A program made the translations under genes and the position numbers. From NCBI RefSeq assembly GCF_964213995.1, contig NC_135809.1, forward strand, positions 32,736,001-32,800,000: a stretch of 64,000 nt of DNA, written 5' to 3'. The DNA comes from Mustelus asterias (Eukaryota). How positions within the stretch are numbered: position 1 is the stretch's first letter; every line of letters starts with the position of its first letter. Of the stretch, positions 23,330-36,479 are shown in pieces. The notes below the pieces were generated by a model, which was not told where the DNA came from, ran no database searches, and was given only the letters and a program-made list of their open reading frames with translations.

Positions 23330-24627
23330 TTCCAGCTATCCGAGAACTGACCGAAAAGCGGACCTATTTTTTAAGTGCTATGCATGAATTTTTATTATTA
23401 TTAGGTGAGCAAAATAACAGACCAGCTTGGTGGGCTAGGTGCTGAAATAGCGTGACGACTAGTTAGCTTTGTGCGCTCATCTTTTCTCGTGCTCCAAGTG
23501 ACCCTTGGACTGACCCAACCCAGCCAAACCACCCATCCTGAAAACAGGCAGGGTCCAAAATCCAGCACGGACTCAGTCCCAAGATTGCTGGTTTTGAGAT
23601 ACTGGCCAAAATCATCCATCCTTGTTCACAGCTGGGATTTTCTGGTGCTGCTGAAAGTTAATGGCGTTTTGGCTGGAACGCGATATTTTCCTTTCTCCCT
23701 TGCCACGGGTCCAGCCAAAGAGTACAGAAAAGATTTACTAGGATGCTACCAGGACTGGATGTTTTGAGTTAAAATGAGAGGCTGGATAAACTGGGACTTT
23801 TTTCCCTGGAGCATAGGGATGATCTTATAAAGCTCTATAAAATAATGAGGGGCATAGATCAGCTAGATAGTCAACATCTTTTCCCCGAGGTAGGGGAGTC
23901 TAAAACTAGAGGGCATACGTTTATGAGAATCCTGCCCACTGTACCTGTAGTGTGTAAGTAGAACAAACCATTCGAAACACATGACATGTTCACATTCGTA
24001 CGTGAATTAAAAAGAAACAAAAAACAGAAGAAATTAGAGTGAGTGATAAAAGGAAATAAATTGTCAAAAAAATTAAATGATTTAACATCAATAATTTTTC
24101 ATTTAGACAATTTTCAAAGTTATTCTTTTGGGATTTTGAAAGTTTGGATTTTTCCTGAATTAAAATGTTAATGAACAATGTGCTGCTATGAAATCTTTGT
24201 TATCCACATTTCAGTTACCTGCCTACCTGAAAAGCTGCCAATTTGTTTTGGTGACGCCATGCCTGGGAGAGCTGTTATTGTCATTGTGAATCTTCTATTA
24301 TCAATGCTTCCCTTTTGGTATTTGTGGTATACTTATCTTTGTGCTTGTACTCAGGAAGTCCTCAAAGGGAAACTTATATATTTTTATGCTGAAATCTTAA
24401 GTCCAGAAATTTTTGTTCTAATATTTGTGTCAAAACTGAACGCAGGAAATTAAGAGAATGTGTGACTTTAACATTTTTAAAATGGACACATTAAAAATAA
24501 AACAGAAAACCTAAAGTATCCTGGATTTTTCTAAAATTAATAAGTAAAGTTCAGGGGAATACCTTTATCAAAACAGCAATTTGGATGCCAGATTTTACTG
24601 TTTCTATCTCTTGCCAAGTACAATCTC

Positions 24628-24965
24628 ATAGAATAGAATTATAGAACTCTACAGTGCAGAAGGAGGCCATTCGGCCCATTGAGCCTGCACCAACAAAAAC
24701 CCCACCCAGGCCCTACTCCTGTAACCCCACACATTTACCCCACTAATCCCCCTGACACTAAGGAGCATTTAGCATGGCCAAACAACCTAATGTGCACATC
24801 TTTGGACTGTGGGAGGAAACCGGAGCACCCGGAGGAAACACACTCAGACACCGGGAGAAAGTGCAAACTCCACGCAGACAGTCACCCAAGGCCAGAATTG
24901 AACCTAGGTCCCTGGCGCTGTGAGGCAGCAGTGCTAACCGCTGTGCGGCCCACTGTGCCACCTTG
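24628..24965 (-). mobile_element. HE1/V-SINE (tail A)
   Basis: Same motifs as the 17438 copy. Confidence 0.9.
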
Positions 24966-25084
24966 TCATCCACACACTGAAATCTCTCAAATGACATGTT
25001 TTTCAAGGATATCCTATAAAAATGTTACAGCAAGCCTGTACATTTTTAATTCTGTAGCAGGTGATTTCAGGCTTTACCTTTCTA

Positions 25085-25840
25085 GTGCGTGAGGATGTTA
25101 GGAAGACAATATAACTCAAGGTAGCACGAGAATTGGTTTTGAAGCAGTGTGAATGAAGCATAACATTATCAAGAGCTACAAATATGGTAAGTGAATGGAC
25201 AAAGCCAAGGCAAATGGATTTCAATGTAGGCAAACGTGAAGTCATCCATTTTAGACCTAATAAGTTAGGACTGGGTATTTTTTAAAAGGTGAAATGCTAG
25301 AAACAGTACAAGTCCAAAGAGAGTTGGGGATTCAGGTAGATAGATCAGTAAAACGTCATGGATAAGACAGAATGGAATTCTGATCTTAATATTTAGAAGA
25401 CTAAAATACAAGGAAATAGAAGTCATACTTCAAGTTGGACCACTGCTGTAATGTTTTGAGCAGTTCTTGGCACCATGCCTTAGGAATGATATATTGACAA
25501 TAGAGGGAGTGCAGCATGAAGACACTTGGGACTCCAAAGGTTAAATTAGAGGGAGGGAGCACACAAACCTAGAGTTGTATACCCTGGAATTTAAAAGGTT
25601 AAGGGGTGATTTGATTGAATTTTACAAGATATTAAAGGGTAGATAAAAATAAACTATTTCTGCTGATTGGAAAGTCTAGAACTAGGGTCATAATCTAATA
25701 ATTAAAGCCAGACCTTTCAAGAGTGTAAAAGGAAGCACTTCTAGAATTTTAGAACTCTCTTCCTCTCTTCTATGGATTCTTTCTATGGATTCTTCCATAA
25801 ACTACAAATGACGCTAGATCATTTGCTAAAGTTAAAAGGA
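25085..25840 (+). mobile_element. Degenerate CR1 LINE 3' fragment
   Basis: ggcaaatggatttcaatgtaggcaaacgtgaagtcatccattt and aggttaaggggtgatttgattgaa (RLRGDLIE). Confidence 0.8.
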
Positions 25841-26227
25841 AATTTTTGTCGGCAAACTCAGTTAACTGGACAGCTGATTCATGATGCAAAGTGACGCCAG
25901 CAGCATGGGTTCAATTCCTATACCAGCTGAGTTTATTTACGATGGGCTGAATGGTCCAATTCTGCTCCTATGTCTTATGAAGGCCTACCTTCTCAGCCTT
26001 GTCCCTCACCTGAGATGTGATGATCCTCAGGTTAAATCATTACCAGTCAGCTCTCCCCTTTGAGGAATAGCCTGGGACTATGGTCACTTTACCTTCAGTC
26101 ATATCTCTAAATCCTATCTTCCATTACCAATCATTGCTTTGTGTGTATGATTTAAATCTTATTTATGCTTCCTGGTTTAGACTATGGAAGTCTCAGTAAG
26201 GAATTGGCTGTTACTTTCCCTGCTCAC

Positions 26228-26585
26228 ACGCATCATGCAAACCAGCCTCCCATCCATTGAATCTGTCTACACTTGCTGCTGTCTCAGAAAAGCAGCCAGT
26301 ATAATCAAGGAGCCCACGCACCCCGGAGATACTCCCTTCCACCTTCTTCCATAGGGAAAAAGATACAAAAGTCTGAAGTCATGTACCAACCGTCTCAAGA
26401 ACAGCTTCTTCCCTGCTACCATCAAACTTTTGAATGGACCTATTAATCTTTCTCTACACCCTAGCTGTGACTGTAACACAACATTCTGCACCCTCTGTTT
26501 CTCTATGTAGGGTATGCTTTGTCTGTATAGTGCACAGGAAACAATACATATACTAATACATGTGACAATAATAAATCAAATCAAG
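26228..26585 (+). mobile_element. Rex1-like LINE 3' end
   Basis: Reverse complement of 27037-27485 and 52200-52500; ends in aataaatcaaatcaa. Confidence 0.8.
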
Positions 26586-26743
26586 CATTTGGGACATCCA
26601 GTTATCATGTTTGCCATGTAAATACAAATTTTACTTCCCCCTCCCCACTTCCTTCCATACTGACCATAAAATCTGGGCCATTTATTTAAAAATTACAAAG
26701 TCAGGAGCTTGATGGCTTGATTGCCAATGGCTTGATTATCCCT

Positions 26744-26892
26744 GTAAGAGTTTTAACAACATCAGGTTAAAGTCCAACAGGTTTATTTGGTAGCAAATGG
26801 CATTTGCTACCAAATAAACCTGTTGGACTTTAACCTGGTGTTGTTAAAACTCTTACTGTGTTTACCCCAGTCCAACGCCGGCATCTCCACAT
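26744..26892 (+). mobile_element. Penelope-like mini-insertion forming a 56-bp palindrome
   Basis: Arms 26744-26799 and 26801-26856 are complementary at 55/56 positions. Flanking direct repeat cttgattat(c/a)cct at 26731 and 26893. Confidence 0.85.
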
Positions 26893-27036
26893 CTTGATTA
26901 TACCTTACAGGTTTCATGTCCCATAGCTTTTCTGTCACTAAGATCGCCTGTTCTCATGGTGTGGAGTCCAGCTCCATAATATATCACAGGTCTCTACCCA
27001 TCTGCTGCTGAAACCTACTTTCTTCCTTTTTTAATT

Positions 27037-27485
27037 TTTAATTTGATTTATTGTCACGTATAGTTTATATTGAAAAGTATTGTTTCTTGCACGTTATACA
27101 GTGAAAGCATACGATACACAGAGAGGGAAAGGAGAGGGTGCAGAATGTAGTATTACAGTCATAGCTAAAGAAACTTCAACTTAATATAGGGTAGGTCCAT
27201 TCAAAAGTCTGATGGCAGCAGGGAAGAAGCTGTTCTTGAGTCAGTTGGTACGTGACCTCAGATTTTTGTATCTTTTTCCCGGCGTAAGAAGCTGGAAAAG
27301 GGAATGTCCAGGTTGCGCGGAGTCCTTGATTATACTGGCTGCTTTTCCGAGGCAGCGAAAAATGTAGACAGAGTCAGTGGAGGGAAGGCTGGTTTGAGTG
27401 ATGGGCTGGGCTACATTCACAGCCCTTTGTAGCTTATTGCGGTTTTGGTCAGACCAATAGTCAAGCCATACCAAGCTGTGATACC
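27037..27485 (-). mobile_element. Rex1-like LINE 3' end
   Basis: LQRAVNVAQPITQTSLPS..YIFRCLGKAASIIKD (ORF 27241-27474); tttgatttattg tail. Confidence 0.82.
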
Positions 27486-27629
27486 AAGATTTTAAGAAGC
27501 TCTTTAAAAGCTACCTCTTTGACCAAAAGCAGGTCGTATCTCCCTGTTTTCTGACTGAGAGTTCAATGCGTGTCTGATGAGGGACATTCCCACTCTCTGC
27601 CTCCACCCCAGCTCTATGGAAACAGGAAT

Positions 27630-27840
27630 GCTTCAGGCCGGAAGTTGCCTTCCCGGAAGCGGGCGGGAGGTCGGAGGTGAGAGGTCAGGAGGTGACCGGG
27701 GCGCTCTGAGTTGTGTTGAGTGAGTGCCGGAGGCTGAGGAAGCGGGGATGCTGTACATGGCGCCTACTGAGCGGCTCTGTCTGTGAGTGAGTGAGTGAGG
27801 GAGAGAGAGGAGGCACGGAGCGGGCGGGACAGGTACCGGC
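27630..27840 (+). promoter_or_regulatory. ERGIC2: ERGIC2 CpG-island promoter and non-coding exon 1
   Basis: Tandem ETS/GABPA CCGGAAG sites (27638-27659), GC box GGGCGG (27661), YY1-like ACATGGCG (27755-27762). Candidate donors CT|GTGAGT (27783) or AG|GTACCG (27833). Only promoter-like island upstream of the first coding exon. Confidence 0.75.
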
Positions 27841-28919
27841 GACTGCTTTATCCTCACTTAACTGCGGGCTTTACACTGCCTCCCAGCCCCTGCTCCACTC
27901 ACACTGGCACCCACTCTGCCCAGGAGCAGACTGTCCTCAGTGAGCTCTGCTGCTGCTTCAGACAACCTAACCTAGTGTCACAGCTTCTCTCACATCTGGG
28001 GCTGGGAGGGGGACTCAAAGAGCCATTTACAGCCAACCATATGTTTAAATCACTTGCAATTGTTAATTGCATTCATATACACTTAAATCATTTTGCAGGG
28101 TTTATACATATACATTTAAATACACTTTACTAATTTTATTCGTACACTCTGATGCTATGGAGTCTTGACAGTGTTTTCATGTGGGATCTTTCTGCTCCTT
28201 CAATTTGAGTTCCCATTTCATAACGTTGACTGAAGCCAGACCACGCAGTCATTTCCCCCTAGATTTCCTTTTTATAAATGTTGTGGCTTCCTCTGGACAA
28301 AAGGAGGGGAAGGTGCTCAGGTCACGGTGTCATCAGGCTCTTTTAAAAAATTTTTGCACCATCTTAGTACACGTTGAACTGTTAAAAATAGTTCCTCAAA
28401 CTCCCTCTCCCCCACACACACACACTTGAGAGTGTCAAAATGTGAAGTTTCACTTTTCTCCCATCGTAACTCTCGCTGCTAATATTTTCCTCTTTGATAT
28501 TATCTAGGGAAATACTTGAACAATTGGGAGGAGGGATTGTCGTCTTGTCACAATCTTATTGTAGTTGGTGTTTTTGTGTGTCTAAACATGTCCTTCAATA
28601 ATTTGGTGTGTTAAAATTGCAGGCAATTTCAAGCAAAATGGGATGCTAGTCATGTATCTCAGTTCTCTATTTGAAGTTTTTTTCGCTTCTCCTTTTTCAC
28701 TAAATGTAAAGATTGGGGAGATTGTGAAGATGTGCTTTTTGCTCCCTTGACTTAATAGGCAAATGCATTTGCAGGTACAGAGTCATTCAGATCAGAGATT
28801 TCAAAGTGTAAACAATTTGGTATCAAAAAATAACATTCAAGCTCATTATTGCTTTGTGATATCATTTATGGCTATGTCAATATGCATAGAATTTATTGTA
28901 AATCTCAGTAGTTCTGTAC

Positions 28920-30860
28920 TGTATAACAATGTGTATTTATGTAGCATATTTAACATAGTACAATGCTTCAAGACATTCCACAGGAGTGTTACACAAAATT
29001 TGACAAAGAGCGACATGAGATATTAGGGCAAAAGCTTAGTCAGAGGTAGGTTTAGATGCTTGTATTAAAGGAGGGAAGCTAGGCAGCAAGTTTTAATGAG
29101 TGAATACCAGAGTTTAAGGCCTTGGCAGCTGACAATTATGGAGTGGTTAAAATCAGGGATGCTCAAGAGACTACAATTGTAGGAGGACAGATATCTGAGG
29201 GTTGGAGGTGATTGGAGATGGAGAGGAGCAAAGCCATGGAGAGATTTGAAAACAAGAATGAGAATTTTAAAATTCAGCCATTGCTTAATTGGGAACCAGG
29301 TGAAAAGCACAGAGGTGATGGGTGAACAGAACTTGATAGTTTGGTCATGGGCAGCAAAGTTTTCAGCGACCTTAAGTTCACAGAGGTTAGAATGGTGGTG
29401 GGGTGGGTGGGGCTTACCAGATGTACATTAGAATAGTCAAGTCCAGAGATGATAAAAGCAGAAGTGAGAGTTTCAATGGAAACTGAATTGAGGCAGGATG
29501 GAGTCAATGATAAGGAGATGAAAATGGAAGGGGTCATCGTGATGGTGTAGATATGTGGTTGGTAACTCATTTCGAGGTCAAAGATTGAGAGTGTCTGGTT
29601 CAGACTTAGATTGAATCCAGGGAGAGAGATGGAGTTTGGTGGTTATGGAGTGGGGTTTGTGGTGGGGACTGAAATGTGAGTATTGCCAACAATGGCTTTG
29701 CAATATTTAATTGGAGGAAATTTCTGCTCATCCGATAGCAGATGGCAATTTATAGACAGTGGAGAACTTGAGAGGAGTGATGAAGAGATAAAACTGTGTG
29801 GAATCAGTGTACATATGGAAACTGAAACTGTGCATATATTGCTTAGTGACAACATATAGATGAGGAATAGGAAGAGCCAAGTACAGATCCTTGGTGCATG
29901 CCAGAGGTAACTTATAGGAGTGGGAAGAGAAGCCTTTGCACATGCAATTAAATGAGTAGGCTGCGCATAACATAAACAGATTCAAGGGCTCAGTGGTCAT
30001 TATGCTACAGCTGGGTTTCCATCAAGGCCATGATGTTGATTCAGTAAATCACGAGGAACTCCCAGATGGAAAGGGCCTTGTTCACAAGTGAATGGACATT
30101 CTGAAAGGAGATGCAGAACGTGATGATGAGAGCTAGTATACAAGCAGACTCTGCAGAGTCAGCACTGGGGGTAGATATAAAGAATATGGGGAGGATTAGC
30201 CTCCAGCATGCACAGTGGGTGGGAAGATCAGTAAAATGGGGCAGACAGGGCAATGACATGGCCCCTTCGCAGGATGCCAAGAAAGGCATCGAGGCAATCT
30301 AGGTTTATCTAAGGGGAAACCAAACCTGGGATGGCATCAGGAGTGTAGGATGGTTAAGGAGTATTGAAAAGTTGGGGTAGGGATTTGGGAAAACAGATTA
30401 TCCGAAAGAGGAGAAATGAAAGGAGGCACCATGACAGATGAAAGGAGTCCAGGAAAGGTAAAGAAAATGAAGCAAAAAGAAATTGAAATAGAAAAGCTGG
30501 GCTCAGATCCAGAATGGCAACCAAAATGTGCACCCGATGGACAAAGGAACAACTCCAGTTACTTATTTCCTGCTTACCGATGTCGATTAGGTAGAGTCAT
30601 CATGGAGCATTTGCTAACATTTGTCCAAGTTGGGAAACAGATATGGAGGGTGAATAAAGTGCAGAAGTTGTTTGAAGGGTAGAGTATCAAATGAAGTGCT
30701 GATAGAGGCATCTCCATGTGAATGAAGATCCAAGCGGTGTGTAGACCCAGTTTCAGGGCAAGAATGCTGGACTCCAGGAGTTGATAACCAGATAATTAGC
30801 AAAGCATATCGTTAGGCAGAGGCAATGTGGTAATTTGAAAGAGAAATTGTGGTAACAAAT
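28920..30860 (-). mobile_element. Decayed L2-type LINE
   Basis: ETLTSAFIISGLDYSN and FKILILVFKSLHGFAP, typical of the L2 ORF2 C-terminal region. Confidence 0.8.
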
Positions 30861-33345
30861 CTGTTTTTTGCAAATGTAACTAGCAGAGGAATCAAGAGAT
30901 GCTCACTTAGATGTGTGAAAGGCATTCAGTAAGGTGCCACACGAAAGGTGTTACATTAAATGGGTGTAATGGGGTTGGGGGTAATATATTGACGTCAGTC
31001 GAGGATTGGTTAAATGACAGAGTTGGAATAAATAGGTCATTTTCAGGTTGGCAGGCTGTTTCTAACGGGGTGCCACAATAATCGGTACGGGAGATTCAGC
31101 TATTTGCAATCTATATTTGTGACTTAGTTGAAGAAACCGAGTGTAATGTTGTCAAGTTTGCTGAGAATACAAAACTAAGTGGGAAAGTAATCTGTGAGGA
31201 TACAAGGAGTCTGTGAAGGGATGTAGACAGATTAAGTAAGTGGACAGGAAGGCAGCAGATGTAGTATAATGTTGCACAGGGTTCAATGTTGGGACCCTTG
31301 CTGTTTGTGTTATATATTAACATGGGGGGCACGATTGGAAAACTTGCAGACAACACAAAGATTGGCCGAGCAGCGAATCGTGTAGAGGATAGCCATAATC
31401 TGCAAAACAATATTGATGGATTGGTGGAGTGGGCAGTAATGTTGCAGCTCGATTTTAACATTGATAAATGTGAGGTGGTGCATTTAGGGAGGTCAAACAG
31501 TTATAGGGAATATACTAAGAAGGGTAGATGAAGTGGGAGATCTTGGAGTACAAGTATACAAGCCCCTAAAGCTGGCAGTTCGAACAGATAAGGTTGTAAA
31601 GAAGGCCTGTGGAATGCTCTCCATTGGCAGAGCTATAGAATATAAAAGTAAGGTTATAAAGTTGGAATTGTATAAAACACTGGTGAGGCCACAACTGAAA
31701 TATTGTGTGCAGCTCTGGTCACCATCTAACAGGAAGGTTGGAATTGCTGTGGAGAGAGAGCAAAGGAGGTTTATAAGAATGTTGCCAGGACTAGAGAAGT
31801 GTAGCCATGAGGAGAGATTGGATAGTTTGGGGTTATTTTCCTTGGAACAAAGAAGGCTGAGGGTGACTTGATTGGGGAGTACAAAATTATGAGGGGAAGA
31901 GATAGAGTGGACAGGAAAAAATTGTTTCCCTTGGTGGAGAATTCTAGAACCAGGGAACACATTCAAGGTATGTGTGGAGGGGACATGAGCAACAGCTTTT
32001 TATGTGAAGGGTGGTGGGTGTCTGGAATTTGCTGCCTGAGTTGGTAGTGGAGGCAGACACCCTAAATGCTTTTAAAAAGAATCCAGATTTGCACTTTAAG
32101 TGCTGTAAGTTACAGGGCTATGGGCCGGGTGTAAGCTACAGGGCTATGGGCCGGGTACAGGAAGGTGAGATTAAAAAGGGCACCTTCTGTCCCTGGGCTG
32201 GCATGGAGAAGATGGGCCAAAATGGCCTCCTTCTGTGCTGTAATTTTTGTATGGTTCTATAATGTGAGAAAATGTGAGGTTGTTCATTTTAAGAAGAATA
32301 CACAAACCGGAACAGTTGTCAAATACAAGTGAGAACATATTAAATGTTGACATATAGAGGGATTTGGGTATCCTTTTACACAAAACACAAAGTTAATGTG
32401 TTGGCCTTACTGCAATTGTACTGGGCTTTAGTGAGCCCACACCAGGAATACTGTGCATAGTTTTGGTCTCCATATCTAATGAGGGATCTACTTGCCTTTG
32501 AGGCAATGCAATAAACGTCCATTAGTTTGATTCCTGGGTTGAGAGTGTTATCCCATGAAAAGAGATTGAGCAGAGTCAGCATGTGCTCTCTAGAGATTAG
32601 AAGAATGAGAGATGATATCTTAAAATGTATAAAACTCTAAGAAGGTCCGACAGGGTAGGTGTGGAGAGGTCGGTTCCACTGACTGGAGAGTCTAGAACCT
32701 GGGAGTCTGATAAAAGTTTGACTACATAGAGAGTTAGGTGACGTAGATTCAAGATATGTGGCAATAGATGGTAGAGGGTTTAAAGTTTGTTTATTAGTCA
32801 CAAGTAAGGCTTACATTAACACTGCAATGAAGTTACTGTGTAATTCCCCTAGTCGCTACACTCCGGCACCTATTCAGATCAATGCACCTAACCAGCACGT
32901 CTTTCAGACTGTGGGAGGAAACCGGACTACCCGGAGGAAAGCCACGCAGACAAGGGGGGAACGTGCAGACTCCGCACAGACAGTGACCCAATAGAACCTT
33001 GGTCCCTGGTGCTAGTAGGCAGCAGTGCTAACCACTGTGCCACCATGCCGGGGACATGAGGAACAACTTTTTTATGCAAAGGGTGGTGGGTGTCTGGGAT
33101 TTGCTCCCGGAGTTGGTGGTGGCGGCAGAGACCCTAAACTCTCTTAGAAAGAACCTGCATCTTCTTTTGGAAAGTTGCATTTAAAAAAACAAATTCTCTA
33201 TCTCAGAGGACTGTGGATGCTTGGTCATTGTGTATGGTCAAGGCTGAGATTGTTAGATTTTTGGACTTTTAAGTTAACCCAGGGGTACTGGAACCAGGCA
33301 GAAAGTGAAGTTTGAGGTTGTTGGATAACCGTGATCCTATTGAAT
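30860..33345 (+). mobile_element. Nested CR1 LINE fragments (a younger copy at about 31265-32260 inside an older one), plus HE1 tail-B SINE at 32778-33050 (-)
   Basis: LGPLLFVLYIN..LADNTKIG and LYKTLVRPQLKYCVQLWSP. The older copy breaks at gcagatgtagtataatgt (about 31270) and resumes at tataatgtgagaaaatgtgagg (about 32258). Confidence 0.82.
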
Positions 33346-34465
33346 TGTCGGGCCGAGAAAATCCTGCGAGCAGCTGTCGGAGAGGTAAATAATGAGCACC
33401 GTTATTTCTCCGCTGACTACCGCAAATAAATCCGGAAAATATTTACACACAATATTGGCTGAAGGTTACTTTCAAACTTCCAAACAGAAAGCAACACAAG
33501 CCGAGTTTCTTTGAATCTGAAAATTAAGTCCAGAAAGCAAGTAGATGCTGAGTTCATAATCAAAATATAGTCAAAATTAATTTTCAGCTCAATGGCAGCA
33601 TTTTATTTATCCCAAGCCAAGGATTTGAGCACGTAACCAAGTTAGAGTGTAGACCTGCTCTGATCAGGCATCTGATTCAGAATGGCACACTCTACAGGGA
33701 GTCTGTGACATCTGAGCAGGAGAAACAAAAGCTTGAGTCAATAACGAAGAACCCTCATTACATCGTGCCAAGTCTGAACCACATTTAAATCCTATACAGA
33801 AAGTGAAGTAAAGGTTGAGAAGTACAGGTGGGATGAGGAAGGAAACAAAAGAGAGATAAAAAGTAAAACAAAATATTTTTTTAAACTCCAATCCTAATTT
33901 CTAAAGGAATGAGATTCCACAATTGCGAAAAAAAATCAGACCAGAGAGGTTGTTTTGCAGTAAATGTCACTTGTTCCATCATTTTAACAATTCATTTGCA
34001 GATAAATACACCGAACCTAACTTTTTCTAGTGTCTTAAGTGAGTAACTAGTGAGCAAGTTCACACCATGACAGTAATTTCAATGCTGAGCTGTGTTGGTG
34101 AAAACTGTTACACTACTCCTCAACAGTATGTTGTATCCCTGGCAGAAACATCCAGATTGTCGTGTAAATGCAGATAGCAGAAGTTGCTGTTGGACCTTTT
34201 CCATTTACATCAGTCAATTGTCATCCTATGCAAATTTGGGTATTGTGTAATGCTGGTCCTTCTAAAACTGTACATCAGTTCAGCAGTACCACCGAAAATC
34301 TACAATTAATTATACTTTAATGTATCTCTTAAGTCATTGCCTGCACGTTAATGATGAGGTTGGACACTTCATTTATAGACATGAGTGCCAATGTTTCACT
34401 GAGAGAATAAAGTGAAGGTAGGAATGAAGGAACAAACACGTATTTGGGCTGGAGTTCAATAAAGA

Positions 34466-34762
34466 ATAGGAATCATAGAATCTCTACAGTGCAGAAGGAG
34501 TCCATTCAGCCCACCAAGCCTGCACCGACGACAATCCCACCCAGGCCCTACCCCCTTAATCCCACATATTAATCTTAATCCCTGCTAATCCCCCTGACAC
34601 AAAGAGGCAATTTAACAAGTCCAATTAGCCTTCCTGCACATCCTTGGAGTGTGGGAGGAAACCAGCACATCCAGAGGAAACCCATGCAGACACGGGGAGA
34701 ACATGCAAACTCCACACAGTCACCCAAGCTGGGGTGCTAAACACTGTGCCACCGTGCCACCC
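34466..34762 (-). mobile_element. HE1/V-SINE (tail A)
   Basis: Same motifs, with a deletion in the head. Confidence 0.88.
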
Positions 34763-35512
34763 TCAAGGAAACTTGGGGAGTGAGCTGCAGTGATAGATAG
34801 CTAGCACCCATGATGCTTGGAGCAGATTGAGCTGATTGACAGATGGAAGACCACTTTCAGCCTTGAAGCAAATTTCATTCGAGAAAGGGGATTGGGAGTG
34901 AAGCTGATGGTGGGGAATAAGGAACTGCTGTGAATGTAAAAGGCGATTTTTTTTTTTCTCTCCCTCATTCCTGAAGGATTGTTTAAGAACTTTTAATACT
35001 AGTAGAAATAGTACAACACTAAACCAACCCAAAAGCACGCTATCAATACCAATTAAACTGTCGAAACTCTGAGACAATTAGAGAAGTGATAGTGTACCTA
35101 TAGGTCCAAACTACGTAGATTTCATGTATAGTTCATATTGGTAGATTGAGCATCACTCCATTCAAAGCTATCCGACACACTCCACTGCCATTTGATGTTA
35201 GATTTATCTTTCATTTTAATCGTATAACTTAAGGAAGTATAAATTAACAAAGCTTTAAGGAATTTGAACTAATGTTTGGTGTAGGAGGGGAACTGTCTCA
35301 CTGTAGGCAGTGCTGTTCTGAAATTGGGGTAAGCCAGGATTGTGCAAAATGTGAATTCTTATCTAATCAGGAAGCCACTGTTGATTCCTTTCATCTCTCG
35401 CAGTTCAAACTTTTTGTATTGCTGTGCTCCATTTTCCGAATGGCAGTTTTTAAAAAATGAGACTCGTGTTAATTTGTTGTTCTACACATCCAATTTATTA
35501 ACTCACTGCATA

Positions 35513-35852
35513 TCATAGAATCATAGAAACCCTACAGTGCAGAAGGAGGCCATTCGGCCCATCGAGTCTGCACCGACCACAATCCCACCCAGGCCCTACC
35601 CCCACATATTTACCCGCTAATCCCTCTAACCTACACATCCCAGCACTCTAAGGGGCAATTTTTAACCTGGCCAATCAACCTAACCCGCACATCTTTGGAC
35701 TGTGGGAGGAAACCGGAGCACCCGGAGGAAACCCACGCAGACACGAGGAGAATGTGCAAACTCCACACAGACAGTGACCCGAGCCGGGAATCGAACCCGG
35801 GACCCTGGAGCTGTGAAGCAGCAGTGCTAACCACTTTGCTACTGTGCCGCCC
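35513..35852 (-). mobile_element. HE1/V-SINE, full-length young copy (tail A)
   Basis: Near-identical to 17438-17769. Confidence 0.95.
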
Positions 35853-36479
35853 TTATATCCAACCTCACTGACCACCTGCCCGCCCGCACCCGCACAGTTC
35901 AAAAGCTTCACCTAACTCTATTTGAAACTACTCCAAACTACATCATTTAACTAGTCGAATATTAAAGCAGGCTGCTTAAAGCTATTAATGGGTGGAAACA
36001 TGAAGGTAACTGGGGAGAATAATTCCCACAAATATCGCTTGTACTATTTTTTTCCAAAATGTTTGACACAGCCATTATTTATACTTTTTGGTGGTGCCGA
36101 GATTTACTTTGGTGATGTTCATGAAATTTCTCCAAGTGCGCAGCTTTCCCATCTAACTTACTGATTCTCTGCTGAGATTTACCGGAAATCCTGTTTCAAC
36201 TTTGGACCTTTGATTGAATAGGAAGATGGTGCAGGAATAAATAGCTGAAACTAACCAGAGCTAAAGAGTGAGAGTTTGAATCTGATCAAAACTATCTGCT
36301 TCTAATGTTGGTATTGGTATTTATATTTTACGCTGATTAGTTGATATTCTGTGACATTGCTCACTAAACCAAAAATAAATCTCTTTTCTCTTACTTTCCA
36401 ATATGCAGTTCTTTCTGTCTGTGTCCCTGTCATGTTTCAATCTATTTTGTTTCTGATTTTTTTTCTATATCTCTCGCCC

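Larger units (their letters stand above)
18540..24260 (-). other. Speculative 3-exon ORF (24260-24227, 20811-20706, 18837-18540), 145 aa, no recognisable family
   Basis: GT/AG boundaries with compatible phases, Kozak-like GGCATGG, AATAAA about 40 nt after the stop. No homology recognised. Confidence 0.2.
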
